Counted from the stretch's first letter, positions 1-10,456 are shown. The stretch: DNA of 64,000 bases from Bacteroidota bacterium (GCA_038747425.1 JBCDJV010000004.1:35692-99691); one strand, 5' to 3'. The notes: generated from the sequence alone by a model not told the origin. A program made the numbers and translations.

Positions 1-852
1 GTGGGCATCACCGGGGTGCCTGGGGTGGGAAAGAGCACCTTCATCGAGACCCTGGGCATCCGCCTCACGGCGCAGGGCCATCGGCTGGCGGTCCTGGCCA
101 TCGATCCGAGCAGCGCCCGCAGCAAGGGCAGCATCCTGGGCGACAAGACGCGGATGGAGCGCCTCGCCGCCGATCCGCGCGCCTTCATCCGGCCCTCAGC
201 CACGGGCGGCTCCCTGGGCGGGGTGGCCCGGCAGACGCGCGAGACCATCACCCTGTGCGAAGCTGCCGGCTACGACCTCATCTTCGTGGAGACGGTGGGC
301 GTGGGGCAGTCCGAGATCACGGTGCACTCGATGGTCGACGTGTTCGTGCTGTTGGCCCTGGCCGGGGCGGGCGACGAACTCCAGGGCATCAAGCGGGGTA
401 TCGTGGAGATGGCGGACCTGGTGGCCATCCACAAGGCCGATGGATCCAACCGGGCCCCTGCCAAGGAGGCCCTCCGCGCCATCCGAGCGGCGCTCCACCT
501 GTACCCGCCAGCCGACTCCGGCTGGACGCCCCAGACCTTGCTCTGCTCGTCGCTCACCGGAGACGGCATCGACGAGGTGTGGGCGGCCATCCAAGCGTAT
601 CAGGCTCACGCCGCCGAGACGGGCTTCTTCGAGGCGCGCCGACAACGGCAGGCCTGGCACTGGACGCAGCAGACCGTCGAGCAGACCGTGCTGCGCGCCT
701 TCTATGCCCACCCGGCGGTGCAGAGCGTGCTGCCGCGCCTCAAGGAGGAGGTGGCCGGGAGTCAGCGTAGCTCCTTCGCCGCCGCCGAGGCCCTGTGGCG
801 GGCGTTCAACGAGCCCCCGGGCGCCACGGGAACGACCCCCGAAACACCGTAA
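1..852 (+). CDS. meaB: MeaB/ArgK-family G3E GTPase (methylmalonyl-CoA mutase chaperone type), 5' end cut by the window edge
   Basis: The ORF 1..852 translation has the P-loop [18 protein letters not shown] and HKADG (NKxD-like) in ArgK/MeaB order. Confidence 0.85.
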   Translation: MGITGVPGVGKSTFIETLGIRLTAQGHRLAVLAIDPSSARSKGSILGDKTRMERLAADPRAFIRPSATGGSLGGVARQTRETITLCEAAGYDLIFVETVGVGQSEITVHSMVDVFVLLALAGAGDELQGIKRGIVEMADLVAIHKADGSNRAPAKEALRAIRAALHLYPPADSGWTPQTLLCSSLTGDGIDEVWAAIQAYQAHAAETGFFEARRQRQAWHWTQQTVEQTVLRAFYAHPAVQSVLPRLKEEVAGSQRSSFAAAEALWRAFNEPPGATGTTPETP

Positions 853-1729
853 CGGCAGGCCCCTCCAGGTACTGACGCTCTGGAGCGGGATCCGTGGGAT
901 CGAAGCCCACCACCAGCGTGCCGCCCGGCATCTGCACTTGGGTGCGGACAGCGTGCAGCGTGCCGCGTAGCCGCAGGGCCATGGCCGTGGCGAGGGCGCC
1001 GGTGCCACAAGCGCGCGTCTCGGCTTCCACCCCCTTCTCGTAGGTCCGCACAGCCACCACGGCCTCGCGGTCGGGGCCACCCGTCTCCAGCACCACAGCG
1101 AAGTTGACGTTCGCACCGGCAGGCTCCAGGGCGGCATCCTGGCGCAGACGGGCCCCCAAGGCGTCCACGGGCGTCGCGGCGAGGTCATCGACGGGGCAGA
1201 CGAGGTGCTCGGTGCCGGTCCAGATGAAGGCCGGCAGACCGGCGAGGGCGGTGGGTGGCGCTTCGAGGGTAGGCTGGTCCTCGAACCGCTCGGGCGGGGG
1301 CACCAGGAGGCGCACAGGAGCCTCGGGGTCGGCTGGGGTGAGGGCGATGTAGGGGCCGGCGCCGGTCTCCAGGCGTAGCACATCGCGGTCGAAGCCGGCC
1401 TGGCGGGCATAGCGAGCGAGGCAGCGGGCGCCATTGCCACACATCGAACCGACCGAGCCGTCGGCGTTGAGGTAGGTCATGCGGAAGTCGGCCGCGTCGG
1501 GGTCTTGCGGGGGGTCGAGGACGAGGAGGCCATCGGCGCCGACGCCCGTGTGGCGCGGGGTCAGGAAGAGGGCGAGGTCATGGAGTTCGGCCGGGGAGAA
1601 GTAGAAGAACCGGTTGTCCAGCACCACGAAGTCATTACCCGCGCCGTGCATCTTGGTGAACTCGACGACCAGGGGGGGAGGCGAAGCCAGCATGGGGGAA
1701 ACGGAAGGATCTACAAAGGGAATGACCAT
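806..1729 (-). CDS. dapF: diaminopimelate epimerase
   Basis: It has the [14 protein letters not shown]-terminal motif and the SMCGNGARC catalytic-Cys motif. The start is uncertain (ATG 1729 or ATG 1693). The 3' end overlaps meaB by 47 nt (convergent). Confidence 0.9.
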   Translation of the reverse strand: MVIPFVDPSVSPMLASPPPLVVEFTKMHGAGNDFVVLDNRFFYFSPAELHDLALFLTPRHTGVGADGLLVLDPPQDPDAADFRMTYLNADGSVGSMCGNGARCLARYARQAGFDRDVLRLETGAGPYIALTPADPEAPVRLLVPPPERFEDQPTLEAPPTALAGLPAFIWTGTEHLVCPVDDLAATPVDALGARLRQDAALEPAGANVNFAVVLETGGPDREAVVAVRTYEKGVEAETRACGTGALATAMALRLRGTLHAVRTQVQMPGGTLVVGFDPTDPAPERQYLEGPAVTVFRGSFPWRPGAR

Positions 1730-2789
1730 GCGCTATATTGAGCCGGGTCTGCGTGGCGGCGCTGGGTGCGCTGGCGTGGTCCTCACTCGTCACTCGTGCA
1801 CTCCCCCCACCAAGCTTCCTCACCCGTTGGCTGAAAAGCGCTTGCTGATTGACAAAGCCGATCCTCTCCTGTTGTTCGGCTTCAATGATGTACATCTGCG
1901 GAAGATCGAGGCGACCTTCCCCCACACCCTGATTGTCGCGCGCGGTAACCAGATCTCGCTCAAAGGGTCAGACGACGACCTGGAGCGGATCGAACGGGTC
2001 CTGCGTGAGATGTCGATGACGCTGAACCGGAACGGGCAGCTCACCGAGAACGACGTGGACACCGTGCTCGTCCTCTTCGGGACGGACGAGGTCCAGCCGG
2101 GGGCGGCCTCGGGGCAGGACGACGTCATTCTCTACACGCCCAACGGCGGCATGGTCAAGGCCAAGACGCCCAACCAGGCGCGCCTGGTGGCGCTGGCGCG
2201 GTCGAACGACGTGGTGTTTGCCATTGGGCCAGCGGGCACGGGCAAGACGTACACCGGCGTAGCGCTAGCGGTGCTGGCCCTCAAGAACCGGCACGTCAAG
2301 CGGATCGTGCTGTGCCGCCCAGCGGTAGAGGCCGGCGAGCGCCTCGGCTTCCTCCCAGGCGACCTGCGCGACAAGGTGGATCCCTACCTGCGGCCCCTGT
2401 ACGATGCCCTGGAAGACATGCTGCCCCGGGACAAGCTGGCCGCCTACATGGAGCAGCACATCGTGGAGATCGTCCCGCTCGCCTACATGCGCGGCCGGAC
2501 CCTGAACTCGGCGTTCGTCATCCTGGACGAGGCCCAGAACGCCACGACGCAGCAGATGAAGATGTTTCTGACGCGCCTCGGCGCCAACAGCCGCGCCATC
2601 ATCACCGGCGACGTCACGCAGACGGACCTGCCCTCCATCAGCCAGAGCGGCCTCGTCCAGGCGCAGGAGATCCTGCAACGCATCGACGGCATCGGCTTCG
2701 TCCACTTCGACCGCAACGACGTGGTGCGGCACCGCCTCGTCAAGGACATCATCGACGCCTACGAACGCCAAGGAGAGGACAGGGTGTGA
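1728..2789 (+). CDS. phoH: PhoH-like ATPase
   Basis: It has Walker A GPAGTGKTY, ILDEAQN and ITGDVTQTDLP blocks. The start is uncertain: ATG 1722/1728 abut the dapF start, and in-frame TTG 1827 would give a typical ~320-aa PhoH. Confidence 0.88.
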   Translation: MRYIEPGLRGGAGCAGVVLTRHSCTPPTKLPHPLAEKRLLIDKADPLLLFGFNDVHLRKIEATFPHTLIVARGNQISLKGSDDDLERIERVLREMSMTLNRNGQLTENDVDTVLVLFGTDEVQPGAASGQDDVILYTPNGGMVKAKTPNQARLVALARSNDVVFAIGPAGTGKTYTGVALAVLALKNRHVKRIVLCRPAVEAGERLGFLPGDLRDKVDPYLRPLYDALEDMLPRDKLAAYMEQHIVEIVPLAYMRGRTLNSAFVILDEAQNATTQQMKMFLTRLGANSRAIITGDVTQTDLPSISQSGLVQAQEILQRIDGIGFVHFDRNDVVRHRLVKDIIDAYERQGEDRV

Positions 2790-2849
2790 GCGGCTGAAGG
2801 TAAGCTCAGACGGACCCTCAAGCCCTCCTCCGCTGAAACGCTCATGCCC

Positions 2850-3860
2850 TCACTCCCCCTGCCACACCACCTGGCCCGTTTGGTCGATGTAAGCTGCTCG
2901 GCCGTTGAGGACGACGGCGGCGAGGGGGCCTTCGAAGGGGCGGGCCCGGTCGAACTGCGGCAGGAGGGCGTACTGGCCCTCCCGGTCGATATACCCCCAC
3001 TGGTCGCCTTGCTGGACGGCTGCTAGGCCTTCGGAGAAGTCGAGGGCCTGGTCGAAGCGGGGCGGGATGGCCGTTGCCCCGTCCTGATCGAGGAAGCCCC
3101 ATTGTCCAGCACGGCCGAAGCGAGCGAGGCCATCCTGGAACGGATAAAGTTGGTCGGCCTCGACGGTGAACCGGAGCGTGCCTTCGTAGTCGATGAAGCC
3201 GGGGACGCCGTCGCGCAGGACCAGGGCCAGGCCGCTGGAGAAGCCACGAGCGGTCTGGTAGGTGGGTGCGATGACCAGCGTGCCCGAGGCATCGGCGAAG
3301 CCCCAGCGGGAGCCGACCTTGATAAAGGCCAGGCGCTCGGAGACCTCAACAGGCGCTCGGGCCTCGGCAAACTGCTGGACGCTCTCGAACTGAGGCTCCA
3401 ACTGCCAGGTACCATCGCGGTCGATGAACCCCCAGGCTCGGCGCAGGATGAGGCCCAGGCGCCGTTCGGCGCGTTCTACGCCCGCCAGTCCTTCCTGGAA
3501 ATCGAGCGCTTGGGTGAAGGTGAGCGGGACGACGACCGTGCCAGCGGGGTCGATGAACCCCCAGGTGCCGGCCTGTTGCACCCGGGCGCGGCCCTCCACA
3601 AACCGGCCGACGGTCTCGTACTCGGCGGGCACCACCACCTCGCCCTGGCGGTCAATGAACCCCCAGGCTCCGCCGATCTGCACGGCCGCTCGATCCTCGG
3701 AAAAGCCCTGGACCCGCTCGAAGCGCGGCTCAATGACCACCGCGCCTGAGGCGTCGATGAAGCCGTAGCGGCCCTCAATCTGTACCGGATAGGGCTGGGC
3801 CTGCGCGGGCAGCGTGCTCAGGAGAGCTACGGCGAGCAGGGCGAAGCGAAAAACAGGCAT
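2850..3860 (-). CDS. secreted WG (KWG-type) repeat protein
   Basis: There are about 9 tandem units containing WGFID/WGYID/WGFAD. The signal peptide MPVFRFALLAVALLSTLPAQA follows ATG 3860 (the ORF track extends to GTG 3890). Confidence 0.8.
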   Translation of the reverse strand: MPVFRFALLAVALLSTLPAQAQPYPVQIEGRYGFIDASGAVVIEPRFERVQGFSEDRAAVQIGGAWGFIDRQGEVVVPAEYETVGRFVEGRARVQQAGTWGFIDPAGTVVVPLTFTQALDFQEGLAGVERAERRLGLILRRAWGFIDRDGTWQLEPQFESVQQFAEARAPVEVSERLAFIKVGSRWGFADASGTLVIAPTYQTARGFSSGLALVLRDGVPGFIDYEGTLRFTVEADQLYPFQDGLARFGRAGQWGFLDQDGATAIPPRFDQALDFSEGLAAVQQGDQWGYIDREGQYALLPQFDRARPFEGPLAAVVLNGRAAYIDQTGQVVWQGE

Positions 3861-3890
3861 GGCTGGGGTGGAGAAACGAGAGGCCGACAC

Positions 3891-3921
3891 AAAAAAGGGA
3901 TGCCGTGGCCAACGACATCCC
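3891..3921 (-). terminator. putative rho-independent terminator after panD
   Basis: On the minus strand, a GGGATG ... CATCCC stem (3916-3921 / 3897-3902) is followed by TTTTTT (3891-3896). Confidence 0.6.
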
Positions 3922-3942
3922 GGAGGGCGTGGTAGCCGATGG

Positions 3943-4377
3943 CTACGACGGCAGCGCAGAAGGGGGGAGGGCCCATGCGGTGGGGTCCATGGAGCCAGGA
4001 TTCATGGCCTGCACGTGATAGTCGATGAGATCGGTGGGGTTGTTGAACTCATCGACGAGCACTACGCGGGGGCGATGCGTGCGCGCTTCCTGCGGCGTCA
4101 TATCAGCGTAGGCCATCACGATGACCTGGTCCCCCTTGGTGGCCATACGGGCGGCGGGTCCGTTGAGGCAGACTACGCGGCTGCCGGGCTCGCCGGGGAT
4201 CGTGTAGGTCTCCAGGCGGGCGCCGTTGTTGACGTTGACGACCTGGACACGCTCATAGGGCAGGATGCCCGAGGCCTCCAACAGTTCAGCGTCGAGCGTG
4301 ATGGACCCCTCGTAGTAGAGGTCGGCTTCGGTGACGCGCAGGCGGTGGAGTTTCCCCCGAAACATCGTAATGGTCAT
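3943..4377 (-). CDS. panD: aspartate 1-decarboxylase
   Basis: MFRGKLHRLRVTEADLYYEGSITLD, including the G-S self-processing site context. Confidence 0.95.
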   Translation of the reverse strand: MTITMFRGKLHRLRVTEADLYYEGSITLDAELLEASGILPYERVQVVNVNNGARLETYTIPGEPGSRVVCLNGPAARMATKGDQVIVMAYADMTPQEARTHRPRVVLVDEFNNPTDLIDYHVQAMNPGSMDPTAWALPPSALPS

Positions 4378-4415
4378 AACAAGCTGGTCAGCGGTGTGCA
4401 GGCGGACCGTGGCAA

Positions 4416-5282
4416 TCAGGGGACCTGCACGAACACGTTATCGATCAGCCGTGTCGCGCCGAAGTAGACGGCCACGGCCACCAGCACCTCGCCGTGGAGC
4501 GGCAGCGTCTCGACGGGCTGCAGCCGCTCCGTATCCACGAGGCTGGCGTACTGAATGCGGGCGTCCGGTGCGGTGCCGAGGTGACGCCGGAGCCCTTCAA
4601 CGAGGGCTTCAGTACGCCGTTCCCCGCCTCGAATGGCCCCCTCTGTGGCCTGCAGCGCCTGGTAGAGGACCGGCGCCTGAGCACGCTCTGCGGGGGACAG
4701 AAAGCGGTTGCGAGACGATCGGGCTAGGCCGTCCGGCTCGCGCACGGTGGGCACGCCCACCAGTTCGATGCCCAGGTTGAGGTCCCGCGCCATGCGGCGC
4801 AGGATCAGCAGCTGCTGGGCATCCTTGCGGCCAAACACGGCCACGTGGGGGCGGCACGCGTGGAACAGCTTGGCGACCACCGTAGTGACGCCCTGGAAGT
4901 GCCCCGGCCGGTGGGCCCCGCAAAGATGGGCGTCCAACTCCGTCACCGTGACCCAGGTACGCTGCATCGCTGGGCCGTCTGGGTAGAAGGCCTCCACGGT
5001 GGGCGTGAAGACGACCTCGGCGCCCCCTACCGCCTGCAGGGCCGCGAGGTCGGCCTCGAGCGTGCGCGGGTACTGCTCGAAGTCCTCCCCTGGGCCGAAC
5101 TGCGTGGGGTTGACGAAGATCGAGACGGTCACATGGTCGCCGTGGTGCCGGGCGGCCTGGACCAGCGCCAGGTGCCCCTCATGAAGCGCGCCCATGGTGG
5201 GGACGAGGACCAGCCGACGCCCGGCCGAGCGGGCAGCGTCGGCTTCCTGCTGCATGGCCTGGACGGTGGAAAGACGCTGCAT
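4416..5282 (-). CDS. panC: pantoate--beta-alanine ligase
   Basis: It has the VPTMGALHEGHLALV (HIGH-like) motif, is 288 aa long, and lies upstream of panD on the same strand. Confidence 0.95.
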   Translation of the reverse strand: MQRLSTVQAMQQEADAARSAGRRLVLVPTMGALHEGHLALVQAARHHGDHVTVSIFVNPTQFGPGEDFEQYPRTLEADLAALQAVGGAEVVFTPTVEAFYPDGPAMQRTWVTVTELDAHLCGAHRPGHFQGVTTVVAKLFHACRPHVAVFGRKDAQQLLILRRMARDLNLGIELVGVPTVREPDGLARSSRNRFLSPAERAQAPVLYQALQATEGAIRGGERRTEALVEGLRRHLGTAPDARIQYASLVDTERLQPVETLPLHGEVLVAVAVYFGATRLIDNVFVQVP

Positions 5283-5440
5283 GGGGCGGCGGGCAGGGGG
5301 TTTCAGCAGATCTTCGCCAAATACGGGCGGTAGGTCTGCGTGCGGGGCGGTATTAAGGAAGTCTACCGAAAGGGTTCCACCGCTTCAGGCACGCGACCGG
5401 CGTGCGCTTCACTCCCCTGCCGAGATCACTCCCCGCTACC

Positions 5441-6847
5441 ATGGCTGACTACCGCATCGAAACGGACTCGCTAGGCGATGTCCACGTCCCTGCCGACGCG
5501 CTCTACATGGCGCAGACCCAGCGTGCTGCCGACAACTTTCCCATCAGCGGGGTCCGCTTCCCACGGCGTTTTATCCAGGCCCTCGGCTTGGTCAAGCGCG
5601 CCGCCGCCCAGGCCAACCACGCGCTCGGCCTGCTGGACACGGACGCCGCCGAGGCCATCCAGGCGGCGGCCCAGGAGGTGGCCGAGGGGCACCACGATGC
5701 GCAGTTTGTGCTGGACATCTACCAGACGGGGAGCGGCACCTCCACCAACATGAACGCCAACGAGGTGCTGTCTAACCTGGCTTCACAGCGTCTGGGGGGG
5801 GCCCTCGGGAGCAAACGAGTGCACCCCAACGACCATGTCAACATGTCACAGTCCTCGAATGACGTCATTCCCACGGCCATGCATGTGTCGGCCCGGATGG
5901 CGCTCCACGAGGAGCTGATTCCGGCGTTGGAGCGATTTCAGGCGTCTCTCGAGGCGAAGGCCGAGGCGTTTGACGACGTCCTTAAAAGTGGACGCACCCA
6001 TCTGATGGATGCGACGCCCGTTCGGTTGGGGCAGGAGTTCGGGGGCTATGCGGCCCAGGTGGCCAAGGGGCAGCAGCGGGTACGGCAGGCCGCTGAGGAG
6101 CTGGCCGAGCTGGCGCTGGGTGGCACAGCCGTGGGTACCGGCATCAACCGCCATCCGGACTTCCCGCGCCGGGCCATTGAGGCGCTGAGCGAGGCCACCG
6201 GGCTGACCTTCCAGGAGGCCGCCAACCACTTCGAGGCCCAGGCCGCCAAGGATGGCTTCGTGATGGCACACGGCGCCCTCAACACCCTGGCCGTGTCGCT
6301 GCTCAAGATCGCCAACGACATCCGGCACCTCTCCAGTGGCCCCACGAGTGGCCTCTCCGAGATTCGGTTGCCCGCCATCCAGCCGGGCTCGTCCATCATG
6401 CCGGGCAAGGTGAACCCCGTGCTGAGTGAGGCCATGATGATGGTGTGCGCGCGCGTGATGGGCAACCACACCACGATCACGGTGGGCGGGCAACACGGCA
6501 ACTTCGAGCTCAACGTGATGATGCCGGTCATGGCCCACGCGATGCTGGAGAGCATCACCATCCTGAGCGGCGTCCTGGACACCTTCCGGACACGCTGCCT
6601 AGACGGCATCGAAGCCGACCGGGCGCGGTGCCAGGAACTGCTGGAGCTGAACCCCTCCATCGCTACGGCGCTCAACAGTGCCATCGGGTACGACAAAGCG
6701 TCGAAGGTAGCCAAGACGGCGGCCGCCGAGCGTAAATCCGTTCGCCAAGTGGTGACGGAGATGGGGCTGCTCTCAGAAGAGGAGTTGGATGCTTACCTGA
6801 ATGTGCGCAGCATGACCGAGCCCGGCGTCCCCGGGCAAGAAGGTTGA
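5441..6847 (+). CDS. fumC: class II fumarate hydratase (aspartase/fumarase superfamily)
   Basis: It has the GSSIMPGKVNP signature and an N-terminus (DSLGDVHVPADALYMAQTQR) that looks like fumarase C. ATG 5441 is preferred over the upstream GTG 5402. Aspartase cannot be fully excluded. Confidence 0.8.
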   Translation: MADYRIETDSLGDVHVPADALYMAQTQRAADNFPISGVRFPRRFIQALGLVKRAAAQANHALGLLDTDAAEAIQAAAQEVAEGHHDAQFVLDIYQTGSGTSTNMNANEVLSNLASQRLGGALGSKRVHPNDHVNMSQSSNDVIPTAMHVSARMALHEELIPALERFQASLEAKAEAFDDVLKSGRTHLMDATPVRLGQEFGGYAAQVAKGQQRVRQAAEELAELALGGTAVGTGINRHPDFPRRAIEALSEATGLTFQEAANHFEAQAAKDGFVMAHGALNTLAVSLLKIANDIRHLSSGPTSGLSEIRLPAIQPGSSIMPGKVNPVLSEAMMMVCARVMGNHTTITVGGQHGNFELNVMMPVMAHAMLESITILSGVLDTFRTRCLDGIEADRARCQELLELNPSIATALNSAIGYDKASKVAKTAAAERKSVRQVVTEMGLLSEEELDAYLNVRSMTEPGVPGQEG

Positions 6848-6892
6848 GCGGTGACAAGAAGGGTGAGCGGTGACAAGAAGGTTGAGCGGTGA
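6836..6892 (+). repeat. 19-nt tandem repeat, 3 units, straddling the fumC stop codon
   Basis: The units are CAAGAAGGTTGAGCGGTGA / CAAGAAGGGTGAGCGGTGA / CAAGAAGGTTGAGCGGTGA at 6836-6854, 6855-6873 and 6874-6892, followed by the degenerate AGTGAGAACGG. Confidence 0.9.
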
Positions 6893-6966
6893 AGTGAGAA
6901 CGGGGCGCCCCGCCCCTACCCCAGTATCCACCCCCCCGCATACCTCCCCCCGTTGACCAACGCGCC

Positions 6967-6998
6967 CCGCCGGGCCACGATACATCGTGGCCCGGCGG
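6967..6998. repeat. near-perfect 32-nt palindrome (15-bp arms)
   Basis: CCGCCGGGCCACGAT-AC-ATCGTGGCCCGGCGG. It has no downstream T tract and lies 120 nt after the fumC stop. Confidence 0.85.
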
Positions 6999-7267
6999 CG
7001 TAAAGGCCCCTGACAACACCCACTGGAACGAAGCCCCCCACGTTGCAGGAGGCCATTCAGGATAGGGTCGGCCCCGCGCTCGGGCCTGGCTACACCCTGG
7101 ATTCGCGCAGAGGCGTGGGCGCCGACATACGATCCGCGAGGTCTGGCACGTTTTTCTCGCTGCTCTCTGGTGTGGCGCCCGCGTTGCAAACACGTTAGAC
7201 CGGGCGTTGAACCTACGGGGAAGACACGGCATGTAACCCATAGAGATAGACCAGAACCACCCTACCC

Positions 7268-8827
7268 ATGAGCGCAAAGAAAAAAACGTCAGTACTTGTC
7301 GGACTCGTTGCCGCCTTTCTGGCAGGCATGTTTGTCATCACGGCAGGCGCCAATTATTTCGACCTTCGTCAGGGCCTGTTCACTGACAGCGAGGCCTCGG
7401 TGTTTGTGGAAGACGGTGAGGGGACCCTCATCGAAGAGAGCGACCTAGGCAGTGCCGCCTCGCTCGAAGAAGCCTTTGTGCTCGTGGCCGAGCGCGTCAA
7501 CCCGACGGTCGTGCAGATCCAGGCCGAGCGCGTGGTGCGCCGGTCGGCCATGCAGAACCCGTTCAGCGGCACGCCTTTCGAGGACTTCTTTGGCCGGGGC
7601 GCCCCCGATGGAGGCCAGGAGCGTGAGTTCCGCTCGGGCGGTTTGGGCTCGGGCGTGTTGGTGCGGAGCAACGGCTTGATCATCACCAACAACCACGTCG
7701 TTGAGGGCGCCGAGAATCTGAGCGTAGAGCTGTTCGATGGCCGCTCGTTCGACGCTGAGGTCGTGGGCACGGACGCCCAGACGGACCTCGCGGTCATCAA
7801 GATCGACACCGGCGAGGAGATGCCCTTCGTGAGCTTCGGCCAGGCGGATGATCTCCGCGTGGGCCAGTGGGTCATGGCTTTTGGGTCGCCCCTCTCGCAA
7901 GACTTGAGCAACACCGTCACCGCCGGCATCGTGAGCGCCATCGGCCGGCTCACGCCCTCGCAGACCAGCCAGACGGGCGTGCAGAACTTCATTCAGACCG
8001 ATGCCGCCATCAACCCCGGCAACTCGGGCGGTCCGCTCATCGACCTGCGCGGCCGCCTTGTGGGCATCAACACCGCCATCATCACGCGCACAGGTGGTTA
8101 CCAGGGCATCGGCTTCTCGATCCCGGTGGATGTGGTCCAGAACGTGACCGATCAGCTCATCGACGAGGGCTCCGTGCAGCGCGCTCGGTTGGGCGTCCAG
8201 TACGGTCCCGCCACCGAGACGCTGATTCGCGCGCTGGATCTGCCCCAAGGCGCGGCGCTGATCAGTGTGGTGCAGGACGGCACGGCGGCCGACGACGCCG
8301 GGCTGCAGGAGAATGACATCATCGTAGCGCTGAACGATAAGCCGCTGAACAACCACCTGGAGCTCGGGCAGACGGTCTCCTCGATGCGCCCCGGCGAGAC
8401 CATCGACCTCACCATCCTGCGCGGCGATGACGAGCGCACGGTGACCGTTACCCTGGGAGCTGCCAGTGAGGGCGAGACGCCCGTCGCGGCCGCCGAGCCC
8501 GAGGTTTCGCCCGAAGAGCAGATGATGGAAAGCCTCGGCCTGGAGCTGAGCAACCTCAGCGAGGATCTGGTGCAGCGGATGGGCATTGAGACGGTGACCG
8601 AAGGGGTGGTGGTGACCAACGTCGAGCCCGGCAGCGAGGCCTTCCGCGACGCCAACATCCGGGTCGGCATGATCATCGTCGAGCTGGACCGCCAGCCGGT
8701 GGATGATCTGCGGGCTTTCCGTAGCATCTACGATCGGCTTGATGACGGAGATACCTTCCTCCTGCGCATGAGATACCCCAACCAGGAGGGGTCCTTCATC
8801 ACCGCTCTGACGAAGCCTCAGTCGTAG
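7268..8827 (+). CDS. htrA: HtrA/DegP/DegQ-family periplasmic serine protease with two PDZ domains
   Basis: It has the catalytic motifs ITNNHVV and GNSGGPL, an N-terminal membrane/signal segment, and is 519 aa long. Confidence 0.9.
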   Translation: MSAKKKTSVLVGLVAAFLAGMFVITAGANYFDLRQGLFTDSEASVFVEDGEGTLIEESDLGSAASLEEAFVLVAERVNPTVVQIQAERVVRRSAMQNPFSGTPFEDFFGRGAPDGGQEREFRSGGLGSGVLVRSNGLIITNNHVVEGAENLSVELFDGRSFDAEVVGTDAQTDLAVIKIDTGEEMPFVSFGQADDLRVGQWVMAFGSPLSQDLSNTVTAGIVSAIGRLTPSQTSQTGVQNFIQTDAAINPGNSGGPLIDLRGRLVGINTAIITRTGGYQGIGFSIPVDVVQNVTDQLIDEGSVQRARLGVQYGPATETLIRALDLPQGAALISVVQDGTAADDAGLQENDIIVALNDKPLNNHLELGQTVSSMRPGETIDLTILRGDDERTVTVTLGAASEGETPVAAAEPEVSPEEQMMESLGLELSNLSEDLVQRMGIETVTEGVVVTNVEPGSEAFRDANIRVGMIIVELDRQPVDDLRAFRSIYDRLDDGDTFLLRMRYPNQEGSFITALTKPQS

Positions 8828-8969
8828 CGCCTTTCAGCGCTCACGGGGTCTATTCTGCGCCCGGTCTCCACACGAGGCCGGGCGCTTTTGTAGGGTGCCA
8901 TGCCGTACCTTCCCAGCGCGTCCTGCCGGGACGTGCCTGTCCTCACCGTTGAGCCCTTATCCTGTACCC

Positions 8970-9461
8970 ATGGTCAAACTCACCACCAGCCTCGGCGATA
9001 TCGTGATCGAACTGCACGAAGACGAGGCCCCGATCTCCTGCCAGAACTTCAAGCAGTATGTGGAGGACGGTTTCTACGACGGTACCATCTTCCACCGCGT
9101 CATTCCAGGCTTCATGGTCCAGGGGGGCGGCATGACGCCCGCCATGGACCGCAAGTCCACCCGCGATCCTATCAAAAACGAGGCGCAGAATGGCCTCTCG
9201 AACGCCCGAGGCACCCTGGCCATGGCGCGCACCCAGGTGGTGGACAGTGCCACGTCCCAGTTCTTCATCAACCTGAAGGACAACGACTTCCTCAACCACG
9301 GGACGCGGGACTTCGGCTATGCCGTCTTCGGCCGCGTGGCAGAGGGCATGGACACGGTGGATGCCATCGCTGGGGTGGACACCACCACCAAGAACGGCCA
9401 CCGCGATGTGCCTCAGGAGCCGGTGTTCATTGAGCGCGCAGAGATCGTCGAGGCCGCGTAA
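8970..9461 (+). CDS. ppiB: cyclophilin-type peptidyl-prolyl cis-trans isomerase
   Basis: It has the [13 protein letters not shown] signature. ATG 8970 ([15 protein letters not shown]) matches the family N-terminus. Confidence 0.9.
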   Translation: MVKLTTSLGDIVIELHEDEAPISCQNFKQYVEDGFYDGTIFHRVIPGFMVQGGGMTPAMDRKSTRDPIKNEAQNGLSNARGTLAMARTQVVDSATSQFFINLKDNDFLNHGTRDFGYAVFGRVAEGMDTVDAIAGVDTTTKNGHRDVPQEPVFIERAEIVEAA

Positions 9462-9472
9462 CGCCCAACGCC

Positions 9473-10183
9473 ATGCCTACCCAGCGCGCAGACGGTCCCT
9501 CGGATCCTGCCGTGCGTGCACGGCCGGGGCGCCTCGTGGCCTTCGAGGGGATCGACGGGGCCGGTAAGTCTACTCACATCCGGCGGCTGGCCACAGCGCT
9601 GGAGGCGGCCGGGGTGGCGGTGGTCACCTCTCGAGAGCCCACCGACGGGGCCTGGGGGCAGCGGTTGCGGGCGTCGGCGCAGACGGGGCGGCTGCCGCTC
9701 GACGAGGAGATCGAGCTGTTTGCCCGGGATCGGGCCGAGCATGCCGCCACGCTCATCCGCCCGGCGCTGGAGGCGGGGCAGGTGGTGATCCTGGACCGCT
9801 ACTTCTATTCGTCGATCGCTTACCAGGGCGCGCGGGGTGGCGATCCTGCGGCCATCGAAGCCCGTATGCGCGCTCTCGCTCCCACGCCTGATCTGGTGGT
9901 GCTCATCGATCTGGATCCCGACGTGGCCCTGCACCGCATCGCGCAGGGGCGAGGCGAGGCGCCCAATGCCTTTGAGCGCCGCGAGGCCTTGGTAGACATC
10001 CGGCAGCGGTTCCTCGCTATGGCCGAACGCTGTCCCGAGATGGCCATCGTTAGCGGCGACGGCCCGGCGGAGGCTGTGCACACGCAGATTCGCCACGTGA
10101 TCTACGATCGGCTGCTGCGCGGGTGGGCCTCGGACGAGGTGCAGGCTCAGCTGCGCCCTGCGGCTCCGCCGGATAGCCGCTGA
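9473..10183 (+). CDS. tmk: thymidylate kinase
   Basis: It has the FEGIDGAGKST P-loop and a DRY-type motif (LDRYFYSS). Confidence 0.88.
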   Translation: MPTQRADGPSDPAVRARPGRLVAFEGIDGAGKSTHIRRLATALEAAGVAVVTSREPTDGAWGQRLRASAQTGRLPLDEEIELFARDRAEHAATLIRPALEAGQVVILDRYFYSSIAYQGARGGDPAAIEARMRALAPTPDLVVLIDLDPDVALHRIAQGRGEAPNAFERREALVDIRQRFLAMAERCPEMAIVSGDGPAEAVHTQIRHVIYDRLLRGWASDEVQAQLRPAAPPDSR

Positions 10184-10230
10184 GCGGGACCCCGCCACGC
10201 TGAGCAGGACGCTGTGGCAGGGCCAGGCAC

Positions 10231-10263
10231 AAAAAAACGCTGGCCACCGTAAGGCAACCAGCG
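10231..10263 (-). terminator. putative terminator downstream of tRNA-Met
   Basis: On the minus strand, a CGCTGG ... CCAGCG stem is followed by TTTTTTT (plus-strand A7 at 10231-10237). Confidence 0.5.
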
Positions 10264-10282
10264 TGTGTCCAAGTGGACGGTG

Positions 10283-10355
10283 TGGCGGGGGCGGGATTTG
10301 AACCCGCGACCTTCGGGTTATGAGCCCGATGAGATACCAGCTTCTCCACCCCGCA
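10283..10355 (-). tRNA. tRNA-Met (CAT), initiator type
   Basis: Manual folding gives a D arm GAGA/TCTC, an anticodon arm TCGGG-CTCATAA-CCCGA with the GGG:CCC run typical of initiators, a T arm GCGGG-TTCAAAT-CCCGC, and an acceptor stem with no Watson-Crick 1:72 pair. The 3' CCA is not encoded. Confidence 0.85.
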
Positions 10356-10456
10356 TCGTAAGAATAGTAACATAGGGCCTGTGAGCTCTGCTGTCAATGC
10401 ATCCCCCTTGAAATGAACGTGAACTGACACCCCTCCTTCATCATTCCACGATTCCC

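Noticed and set aside
196-1440. A 414-aa minus-strand ORF spanning meaB and dapF.
   Set aside because: It is extremely Pro/Arg/Ala/Ser-rich with no motifs, and it lies antisense or out of frame to two genes with clear family signatures. This is a typical high-GC shadow ORF.
10050-10430. A 126-aa minus-strand ORF.
   Set aside because: It runs straight through the tRNA-Met gene (10283-10355) and its terminator, so it is not a protein gene.
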